Positions 7,526-19,500 of a DNA stretch of 56,665 nucleotides are shown piece after piece (within the stretch, counting starts at the first letter, position 1; the number at the start of each line of letters is the position of its first letter). Below the pieces are notes generated by a model that saw only the letters and a program-made list of their open reading frames with translations, was not told the DNA's origin and did not search any database. Source of the DNA: a virus; the IMG/VR virus record IMGVR_UViG_3300035039_000184; one strand, written 5' to 3'. A program made the translations under genes and the position numbers.

Positions 7526-10500
7526 ATGGATTATCTCGACGAAATAATAAGAAAATACGAGAGGGGGTCGAATGTATCGGCTCCCTCTTCTTCTTTTGAG
7601 AGGAAGGATAGGGAGAGACGGGAATCAGGAGATATCATCGACGAAGTTATAGACGGATACGAGACCGACTCTGCTTCAGGAGGTTCCAGGTTCAACTGGG
7701 ATCGTCCAGATGTACCAGAGGAGATGGACCGTACTTTAAACGACGTAATGTCAGGATATCCCGAATTTCCGTATCCATCAGGCATAGATCCAACCAGTGG
7801 AGACACTGATGAAAAAGAGCGAAGACTTCCCTACGGTACTGTCCTTGACAAGGATGTTCTCGCAGCGGATGCTGCCGACATGCTGATATCAAAATCAGGC
7901 AATGTGTCTCCAATTTCGGGACTTCCCGTTGATGAGAAAGAACCACTTTTCGGAGAGACAGGAAAAAAGATAGAGAAGGCATTTGGAGACAAGGGAATGC
8001 AGACCTTTTCAGGAATTCTCGGATCTGCGGGGGCCTTTGCAAGGAATGTGGAGAGGCTCGCTAATCCGGAAAATGAGCGAATAGAGGCTCCGGTAAATCC
8101 GGGAGTGCTTGGAACGGACGGCCAACTACTGAAAGGGATAGGAGACCGTGATCCCTACGAGAAGAAGAACACCATATTCAAGGCAGCAAAGGCAACAGCT
8201 GATTTTCTCGAAGAGGGGAATGAGCAGATACAGAAAAACCTCCTTCAAGGAGAGGACCCCACATTCTGGGATAAGGTTTTCAACGGAATAGGCTCAAGTG
8301 CCTTCTTTCTCGTTCCTGGAGCTCTTGCAGCAACGGGAATCGCAACGGCGGCAAAGTTCTCTCCGAGCGTGGCAAAATGGCTCGGTGCCGGTGTAGGCGG
8401 AGTAATGGAGGGCTTTGCAGATGCAGGAACCACATACAAGCAGGTACTTGACGACGGAGGGGACTTTCAGGACGCAAACGCAGCAGGCTCTCTTGCCTTC
8501 TGGATGAATGTGCCTCTTGACGTGATAACCGACAAGCTCGGTTTCTTCGGGGATAATAAGGCCACAAAAAGCTTGATAGCAAAGTCTCTCAGTGTCTTCG
8601 TGAAGAACCCGGCACTAAAGAACACCATGTCAAACGTGGCCGGAGGAATGGCAGGAAGAGGGCTTAACGAGATGTTCCAGGAGGGTGCACAGAACCCGAT
8701 CCAGGAGACTCTCACAGAAAAAGCTCTGGAGAAGTCAGGCAAGGGGACCCTGACATGGGCCGACGCTGTTAAGGCAATGCCAGAGATATCGGAAAGAGTA
8801 CCGGAGAGTATATATAACGAAGGGCTTCCGGCCTTTGTCTCTGCCGCAATATTTGGACTTCCAACTCATATGATGCAGATGGATCAGGAGCAGAGGGTGG
8901 AAGAAGAGAAATCGGCAAGAGAGAAGACCGTACAGGAACAGAGAACGAAGGGAATAATGGACGAAGCCTTTGAATCTGTTACGGGAATACCTTCAGGAAC
9001 AGAGGTCCGGCCAATAGTGGCAAAAAGAGACGAGGACATTTCCAGCCCGAGTGCTGGTGATGCTGTTGGAACGTACCTTGAGGGCGAGAAGGCCAAAACA
9101 ATAGACGCGGCCATAGACAAAGTTGCTGGAACACAGCAGGAGGCAGACGTAGCCAGATCCGAAAGATGGGCCGGTACGGTTGACGCTGTTAACGCCGTAA
9201 ATAAATATCTTGACGAGATGGAGCGTCAGCAGCAGGAACAGGACAAAAAGGAGAATGAGCCAGTCCAGAACGCAAGAAAAGACCTTCCTCAGGACATGCA
9301 GGATAATCTGAACGTTAACGATCTTGAGGGTCAGGTTCTTAAAAGATACAACAAGGACATGGACTTTCTCCAGGATCTCCAGAGAAGAAGAGAGGAACTT
9401 GGAGAGCAGGGTTATCAGGATCTGCTCAAGACTGCACTCAATAACCCGAAGGTGTATTCGGACTTCCGGAACAGGCAGAAACCTGTCCAGAAAGAAGAGC
9501 CCGTGAATCAGGATACCGCAAGGGCCGAAGAGATTGTTACCCCTGAAATCGAGGGGGAAAATGTCCAAGAGGTTGAAAAGCCTTCAGAGCCGGAGTCAAT
9601 CAAAAAGGGCGAAGTTGGGCAGAAACTCGGGTCCGGTGAAGTTGTCCTGACATCAACTGGCAGAAAAACAACTCCCTTCCCGAAGGTAGACATGTCCACA
9701 AACAGAAAAGCCGCCAACACAGTCAAGCGAGTTGACAGATGGCTTATCCAGAACGCCATCAATGAAGCGGAGCAGAGGGGAGACGAGTTTAATCTTTTGC
9801 AGTTCAGGGGGTCTCTTGATAATCCATCTCAGGCGGACAAGGACAGTGCTGCATATTATCTTTTCGACGAAGAGTTTATACAAAAGCCTGATCCTAAGAT
9901 TTTAAAGGACATGACCAAAGAACAACCATCGAAGTCAACAGACGATATTAAGCCTGGAGATACAGTATACCGCAAGGATAACGGTCAGGCCCTTGAGGTG
10001 GTAAATGCCGATGATCCTTCTCTTTTGACTGTGAAGCACCCAAAAACAGGGACACAGTTCCAGATGGGGAAAGGAACGGTCGAACTTGCTCCTGAAGGCC
10101 AAAATTTAGCTCCTGAGTCAATTCCCGAACCAGAGCCGACAAATACCCCTGATAAGGGGGATACAGGACGAACTGAGCCAGATATTCAGGCCGAGGGTCA
10201 AAAAAGAACCATCCAAGACCTCCAATCATTAACCTTTGACACCATCGAAATGGGTCATTGGGATAAGGAAACAGAGGGTGTCGGAAAAAACAAGGGAATT
10301 AAATACAGAACTGCCAAATATGCTGCCATTGACAGGGACGGCAAAGAGAGAATTTTCCAGGTCAAGGTTAGCAGTAACGGCAAAACTCAGGTTAAACCTC
10401 TTGGGAGAACCGACAGCCAAAAGGATGCTGATGACCAGTCAGAGTGGAGCAAGGTGCCAGAAGATGTACAAAGACTTGTAAATCTTCATTGGCCTGATCT

Positions 10501-13500
10501 GAACCTTTCGCAAAAAGCAACGATAGGGAAGATTGCTGCAGGGTTGCCAGTAAATGAAATGACTGCAAATGCTGTTCTTGGTGGGTCCGCAAGAAACAAA
10601 ATGCTTGAGCTTTTCCCGAATATCAAGACACTTGAAGATGGGAAAAGGGCTTTGCAAGAATACGTCCGACTAAAGAGAGAAGAAAAGAGTTCCGATATTG
10701 AGGCCGAGGGTCCAGGATTTACAGGTCTCGTGGGCGAGAAGACGCCAAGGGCTCTGGAGTCTCTCAAGCAATTGCTCGATGATCCCAATGCTGTCCATCT
10801 TAAAGGCAGATCCCTTAAATATGTAGAAGAAGACGGCAAGGGCTATTATGAAGACGAGGAAGGCACAAGGATGCCCGACTGGACCCCAATTCCGGGGAAT
10901 CCTGGATATTCCGCAAGGCAGTATGTCCGTGACAACACTCTTGAACCTGCCAAGGCAGTGCAGGAAGTGATGATAAACGAAAACGGAGCCATTGCCAGAA
11001 GGGTCTACAGAGACGGCGAACAGGAAGCCTATGGAGGATTTGAGGCAGAGGACAACCTTAAAAACTTCATGGCAGGAAAACCCTTTGAGGCGTTTTTCGA
11101 CTTCTTTAACCAGAAGCCTGATCAGATACAGGCCCCGGCGGAAGAAGCTCCGGAAGCAGCGCAGCCAGAGCTCACGGACTACCAGAGACAGAGGGAAGAG
11201 AACAGCAAGGCTGCCGATGAGGTCAGGACCTTGCAGACCAAGGGTCAGAACTCCGTTCCCGGCGTGAGGATCGAAGCTGCCGAAGAAGCCGGAAGGATGA
11301 GAGGTCTTCTTGAAAGCGGAGAGATCACCCAGGAAGAGTGGGACAGCTACGTTCAGGATCTCAAGGACTCCGGGAAAGTGGAAGCAGATGAAAGTGAGTC
11401 CAGTCCGGCAGAGAAAGAAACCTTGACCTACAGCCATGAAGATATCACGAGAAAAACTTACTCAGAGGGAGACCTTGTTCGCTTCCGCAAATCTATGGAC
11501 AAGAGCCCGAGAAAGATCGTGGAGATTGACAAGTCAGGGAAGGTCAGGCTTGAGGGTTCGGATGTATTGCGCGACACAGCCGAAATCGTTAAGGTCTCCG
11601 AAGAAGGGCAATCGGAGCAGAAGCCGGCTAAAAAACAGAAGAAATCACCGGCGAAAAAACTAAGGGGAGATTTTTCCAAGATCCCTGAGAAATACGCGAG
11701 CAAGATAGACACCGGAGAGAATATGGACGAGGACTGGGCTCGAAAGCAGGCTTTCATGGACGACGCAGCCAACTATCTCAGGAGCCTTGGAAAGGATCTC
11801 GGGTGGGAGCCATATCGAGGCAAAAACGGCAAGGGAAGCATTGTCAATAAAAATCCTTCCGGCCCAGCCACGAAGGGGAGCGTATCTGCTACATTCTTTG
11901 TGCCTAACCGGGACGAGGGCGTGTATATAACAATTGACGCAGATGGATCTAACATTTCCGGAGTAAAGTCCGCACCATACGGAACTCACATAATGTGGAG
12001 ATCCACCACGAGAAAGGATCCGTTCGGAGGAGGAACCAACCGTTTCGAGAATTGGGATATAACCACAGATGCCCTTTCATCCACTATAGAATCTGAACTT
12101 GACAGTGTAATTGCCAGAAACGACGGGAAAGCACAATCTCAGAAAAGTGATACAATAGTAAACAAAGGAGAGGGGGTAATCCCTAATGAGCCGGAAAGAA
12201 CTGTTAACGGAGATCGAGAAAGAACTGAACAAGAGAGCCAGCGAGGAGGACAGGAGCTTCCTGATGGCGGAGATACCGAAGGCGGAAGCGCTGTTGCCGC
12301 AGGCGGACGAGAACAGCCAGTCTTGGAAGACTCTGGTCAGAGGGCTGACGAAGATGTACGCGGAGCTGAACCTCCAGCTCGGGATGGTGTGCGAGAAACT
12401 GAACTATCCGACGAAACAGTGGGAATGGAAGGACAGCCAGCCACTGAGGATACTGGCGAGGAGCTACCATGGAATAGAGGCAACGGACTGGTACCAACGT
12501 CAGCTCGGGATGATGCTGACGCCACAGGACCATCCCTGGTATCGGATAATTACGACCTAAGAAACAAGGAACCTGTTCTCCTAACTAAGGGAGAAAGAAG
12601 GAGAATAAACGACCAGGCAAGGGAGCTTCTAAACAAGAAAGAGCCACTTACGGAAGACGAAAAGGACATCCTCCGGCAGTATACCGGGGAGGGTGGTCTT
12701 TCATCCGGATCTGTAGAGGCTTTAAATCAGCACTATACAGACTACCAGACCATAAGGGCAATATACGGAGCCCTGGAAAGGTCTGGTTTTTACTTTGAGA
12801 AGGCTCTTGAACCTGCTGTAGGCTCCGGAAACTTTATCGGCAACGCCCCAAGGGGTGTTGACTGGACCACAGTAGATATCGACAGCACAAATCACCAGAT
12901 AGCATCAAAACTGTATCCAGAGGGTAACCATTATCTTCTTTCCTACGAGCAGTTCAAGAAGAGTGGTTTTGACCTTGTTATATCAAACGTTCCATTTCTT
13001 CAGGAGCGAGGAGCAGGGGGGCTTAAAGTCAGGCCGGATATACAGACTCTTCACGACTTCTATTTCGTTCATTCTCTGGACAGGGTTAAGGACAACGGCA
13101 TTGTGGCCTTTATAACGTCCAAGGGAACCATGGACAAGAAGAATTCCTCCGTCAGAAAGGAGATCGTGGAAAAGGCCGATGTGCTTGGAGCCTTCCGTCT
13201 GCCTGGAGGGCATTTCGAGAAGAACGCCCATACCTCCGTTATAACCGACATTATTTTTCTGCAGAAAAGGCCCGAGGGGGCTGTGCCAAGTTCGGAGCAG
13301 AAGGCCATAAACGATTCTTTCGTTAAGGCAACGGAAACAGGGGATGGAATAGTTCTCAACAACTACTATCATGACCGTATGGAATCCAACTTCCTCGGAG
13401 AAGTGGAGGTTGGGAAGGATAAAGCGAGGTTCGGAAAGATCACCTACACCATAAACGGACAGGCAGACCTTTCCCGGATCGACATAGGACCCTATAGGCC

Positions 13501-16500
13501 ATACAAGATCCAGAAGAAGGAAAAGGCTGCTCCTGAATCCGTGGATGTTGACGAAATCCCGAGAGACTCCAAGGACTTCCAGAAATGGGCCTCTGAAAAC
13601 GACATCCTTACCCGTCAGAATATAACGAGGACGGGAACGGATCGAGACGGAAACTCCTTCGAGATCAAAGAGAGAGACCCCGGATTTTCCGAGAACATCA
13701 TCATAGAGTCTGATGCGGTGTACGCAGTGGATAAAGTCATAGACTTCGAGGACGTATCTGGCTCCGCAAAGATATACCGGGAGGTCTCATACAAAGAGAG
13801 AGACAGGATAAAAGATCTCGACTGGATAAGAAGAGACGCAGCTTCCTTTCAGGAGACATCCGATCCGAAGTATGCAGAGAGCGGAAAGAAGCTTATAGAG
13901 AGCTACCGGCAGATTCACAAGGTCCATCCTAAAAAAGACAAGAAGCTCCGGAAGATTTTCAAAGATGCAGGAGAGCAGACACTGTTTGCCGAGCTCTCGT
14001 CATTCTTTGACGAGGACTTCAACCCAGCTCCTGTCCTGGATATACAGACAAGATATTCGGACAGCGGAAGAGCAGAGGTCACAGATGATTCTCCTCTTTC
14101 CATAAGAGCCTTCGCAAATGAGGATAACAAGGGGATTGTCGATATCTCAAAAGCAGAACACCTCTCAATGGACGAACTCGGAGATCTTCTTCACAGTGGC
14201 TATTCCCTTGTTTCCATGGGCGAAGAAGGGGCTGTTGTCCAGAACGACGTGCTCTACTACTCAGGCAACATATACAGCAAAATAGAGAGCGCGGAGAAGA
14301 TCAAGAAGGACATCGAACTCGGCAGAGTTGACGACGGTCACGCAATTGGAGAGAAGCTCGACGAGCAGATACGAAGCCTTGAGGAGATAAAGCCATCTCC
14401 GAAGACTGTTGACGACATCAACTTCAAGGGAAACGAGAACTGGCTTTTGCCCATAATCAAGAAATACGGGATATGGGATATAGACAGCTCCTACGACAGG
14501 AAGAGCGGAAAGATCCAGTACGAAGCGACAAACGCAAGGGGCTTCCCTGACAGTGTGTACTCGAACTATCTTAACAACAATGTCCTCATAAAAAGAGACT
14601 TTGACCAGAGGACGCAGATGCAGGAGCCCATATCCTCATATCTGTCACGCATGAGAGAGGCCGAGGAGCACGTGACGGAGGTCGTGGAGACCATAAAGGA
14701 GCGGATCAAGAGTGATCAGCAGGCTGCCGAAGAGATAGAATACGCCTACAACTCCAAGTTCCGCGCCTACGTAAAACCCAACTACTCAAGAGCCCAGTAT
14801 CTTATTCAGGACGTTCTGAACGAGATAGAGGCAGAGTCCGTCAATCCCAAGGAAGCCGGACAACCGGTAAAGCTTCGCAAAAATCAGATCGAATGGATCA
14901 TCCAGGCGGTATATGAGGGCAAGGGAATAAACGCCCATGATGTTGGCGGAGGAAAGACCTTTGCCTCGATTGCGCTCGCGAGGGTGCTAAAAAAGAGGGG
15001 AATAGCCCACAAGCCTCTCTTCGTCGTCCCGGCGAAGACTATCAACAAGTGGGAGAGGGACATAAAGACGCTGTTTCCGAAAGCCAGAGTCCTCAACCTC
15101 GGACAATTGAGCAAGAACAAGAGGACAGAGCAGCTCTTTGAGCTGGCGAACAACAACTTTGACTATGTTGTGATAAGCCACGAGGGGTTCAAGGCGATAA
15201 AGCTTCCACTCGACACGGAGATGAAATATTTCGACGACGTTGTAAACGAGCATATCGACGATCCGGATATGAAGGGGAGTCAGGCCGCAAGGAACATGGA
15301 AAAGATAGAGAAGTATCGCACGGTCCTGAAGGAGGCCGAAAGAGATTCAAGGCTGACCTTTGACAAACTGGGAATAGACGCGATCATAGCCGACGAGGCT
15401 CATGCCTTCAAGAACATAGGCATACGGGGAGAGTTGAACAAGTTCGGGCTCGGGGCAGCCTTTGGATTCAGCAACCGGCAGAAAAACAGAAAGGATCCAA
15501 AGACCGGAAAGATAATGTACGGAGAAAACGGCAAGCCGCTGAAAGAGGATTCCGTATCGCTCATGTCCTCAAAATCCTACGACTTCCGGTTCAAGTCCAA
15601 CTGGATCATCGAGAACAACAACAATAAGAACGTATTTCTTCTCACTGCCACTCCGACGCCCAACAAACCCATGGAGATATACACCATGCTGAGACACCTC
15701 GGCAAGGACATCTTTGACGAGTACGGACTTGGAAGGGACATCGACTTTTCGAACAACTTCTTCCATCTCGGAACGGTGCAGAAGCCCGACGACCCCGGAC
15801 AGACCAAGAACGTCCTCTCCGCCATAATCAACGCCCTTGAGCTGAGGGGGATACTGAACCGGTACGTTGACAAGATATCCATAGAGGATATGCCATGGAT
15901 AAAGATCCCGGAGGCGAAAGAGTATCGCCAGTTCCTGAACATGTCAGAAGGATACCGGCTGATCGCCGAGGATCTTGCTGAAAGGCAGTCTCGCGCCGGA
16001 AGCGGAAGAAAGGGAGCCGGAGAAGACAACATCATTGCCATATACTCTGGAGGAAGAGCCGCCTCTGTCGACCCGAGGCTCTACGGAGGGGAACACGCAA
16101 ACGTTGAAGTTGACGTTAGGTCCTACGATCCTGGCGACGACAAGATCCAGTGGACCATCGAATCCGTGGCGGAGGTTGCTAAAAAGAACAGAAAGGCGGG
16201 GCAATTGATATTCCTCGACAAGGTGGGCTGGGAGCAGATCGAAAACGAGAAGCTCGCAGAGGACATGCACAGCGAGATAAAGAGTTCCCTCGTGGATATG
16301 GGGTTCAAGGAGAAGGAGATCGCCATAATCAACGGCAAGTATGTAACCAACCCCAAGACCGGAAGAGAGGTTGCGAGCGGAGACAAGAACCAGAGGAAGC
16401 AGGATATTGCCGACATGTACAACGAGGGCAAGGTCAAAGTAGTCATAGGATCTACCGACTCCATGGGAGAGGGCATGGATCTCCAAGTGAAGACCACGGA

Positions 16501-19500
16501 CATATATCACCTCGACATTCCCTGGACTCCCGGAGGATTCCGTCAGCGAAACGGCAGGGGCCTGCGGTTCGGAAACGAGAATGATTCCGTAAACATCCAC
16601 TATCTTCTCATGAGGGGGACCTTTGACGCCATAAGCATGGACGTTGTGATGCACAAGAAGGGATGGAACGAGGCCCTCTACGACAAGGAGGACGCCGACG
16701 TAATTCCCACTGCCGAGGAAATGGCAGGAGGGGCTATTCCTCCAAGGGAGCAGCTTCTTATCGAGCTTGAGACAGACCCGATAAAGAAACAGCAGCTTAT
16801 ACTGAGCTTCGACTACAAGAGGATGCAGGGAGAGCTCGGAGAGTACAATCAGGCTGCCTACCGAATAAGGAACCGTATCAGCACCGCACGAGAGGCGATA
16901 AAGGCCAACAGGCTGAGGCTCCAGGAGCGAGAACAGAAGCTGAGGGAGTCCAGTCCCAACGAGAAGATAAAGGACGAGAAGAAGCGTAAGGAACAGCACG
17001 AGAAGAGCAAGGCTTTTCTCAGAAAGGGTATAGAGACGTCCAAGAGGAAGATTCAGGAGATCGAGGACAAAATAACAACTCTCGAAAAGACCCTGGATGA
17101 GCTTGGAGAAAAGGCGAGAGACGCGAACGAGAGAATAAGCAGGTTCGAGGAAAGCTACCTCGACGAGGAGAAGAACTTCAGGAGAGACGTAATCGAAAGG
17201 CTTGCGGCAACAGAGGACAACCTCGACAACTCTCCGGCTCCGGACGAGAATTCCGGGACGGACACTGCCGAAGAGTTAGACCCTGACGAGGAGGTAACAC
17301 GGAGGATCAACGAAGCCTACGAGGAGAAAACTCCACCTGCCGGAGCCTCTGTCAAGTTTCTCAGGCCGGACGCTCTCATAAAGGCCCTGGACAGCAGAAA
17401 AAAGAACCAGGGCGTCAACGACTTCTTTGTCAAAAAAGACAAGAAGAAAAAGGACAGCGAGAGTGATCCCCGGACCTTCGAATTCACCGACAAGGAGATG
17501 GAGAAGGCCCACAAGGCGTACTCAAGGGGCATCGACAAGGAGAGTACGTGGAGCAAACTGCTTGAAGCCTTTATGGACATGAAGAACCGATCCACAAGGA
17601 CATTCCGGCACCTTCCGGGCGGAGCTCCCTTTGCCGTGGCAAGACATGTGCTGCTGCAGCTCAAGAGGACTATTCCTTCGGCACAGATGGACGCTGAAGA
17701 GAAGATAAGCGCCATTCTGACCAAGGAGACATCCGAGGGGATACAGCTCTACGATCGCACTGACCTGGACCTCTTCACGAGAAAGGTATATCTCGAGGAT
17801 TTTGCGAGAGACGCCAGAGACGGACTTTCACTTCCGGAAGGATACACTGAAGAGAACGTCAACGTGGAGCTCCAGAGGTTAAACGAGCACCTCAGGGAGA
17901 ACGCGCCCTGGATCCTCGACAGCTACCGACTGAGAACGGAGATGTGGAGAAAGGCAAAGAAGGAGTACATACGACAGGCAGGCAGGGCCGGAACGGACAT
18001 GTCCAAGAAGTTCACCAAGGGAGACTCCTATTTCCGTCATCAGGTCCTTGCTCACATGATGGACCAGGGAAGGTCCATATACGGGACCGGCAACAAGCTC
18101 AAGTCACCGGTTACGAGGGGTTTCCTGAAGGAAAGAAAGGGCTCTGAGCTTCCCATAAATCTCAACTACGCCCAGGCGGAATTCGAGGTTCTTGCTCAGA
18201 CCCTTGCGGATACCCATGTATGGGAGACAATCGCGATCATCGACGAGAACTACAGCATAACCGACAGGCTCAAGAAGATGGCTGTCGAGATGAACAACAA
18301 CAACTTCAAGGGGCTTATGGAGGAGCTCGTAAGGATAGAGCAGGGAGTCAAGACGGTGGACGAGGACGTCAGACACGAGGCCCAGAAGAGGATCAACAAG
18401 CTTTCCCAGAAGCAGGCCATAGCTCTCTCCCGGCTCAGCGAACTTGCAGCAATGGGAGAGCTGCCGACAGGCCCCAAGGGACAGTTCTCCCGGATCGTGC
18501 AGGAACTCGGCGATTACTACATGCTGAAAAAGGAGAACAAGAAGGACGACGTAGATGTAGGCAAGGTCAAGTTCAGTCACAAGGAGCTCATGAAGTACCT
18601 GTCCTGGCTCTCGAAACAGGAGGGAGACGGACAGGAGACCATTCTTTCCAGGACCTTCTTCAAGGGCGTGGCCGAGAAGAAGAAGGCTATAAAGGCCACC
18701 CTGAAGGCAGGAGATATCAAGGAGGTAAACTGGAAGGACCTTGTGCCAGACGACTACACCATATATCAGCCGAGGGAGGGTTCCGTCTTCTACAAGGCAT
18801 ACACCATACCGGAGCAGATGGCTGAGAGCATAGCCTCAGGTCTGCTCACAGGGCTGGACCTCACTCCCAACCAGGTCAAGGCCGTTCTCGCAAGAGGACC
18901 GAGGCACAAGGAGATGTGCATACCGACTCCACTTGCCGCGACCCTGGAGGAACTTAACCCCATGGGCTCAAGGAAGGAAGGGCCCTTTTCCGAGCTCTAC
19001 CATACTGGCATAAGGACCCTGAAGAAGTTCTGGCTATACGGACCTACAAGGTGGGTAAAGTACGCCTTCAGAAACCTTACCGGCGACTCAGAGGCCGTGG
19101 TTCTCGGCAGACAGTGGGACACTCTCAATCCGAAGCACCTCAAGAGGGCTACATGGGAGCTCTACCAGGCTGTTATGGCCCATCGAAAGCCGTCCAAGGA
19201 GTTCAAGGACTGGGCCCAGATGGGCGGATTCATGACCTTCGACAGGATCCAGGAACTTGGGGAACTCAAGGCACTTGAGAGGCTGCAACACCTTGAGGTC
19301 CCGGACGAGAGAGCCCTTTCGAAGATCAAGGACAAGACCTGGGACCGCTACTGGAGGGCCATCGACAAGGCGGAAGGAATAAGGGAGGGAGTTCTCCGTT
19401 ACGCCAGCTATCTGTCCTATCTCGAACAGATGGAGAACAACGAGAACGGAGAGCCGAACAACTTCGGAGCATCCAACCGAGATGAGATCATGGCCCTGCC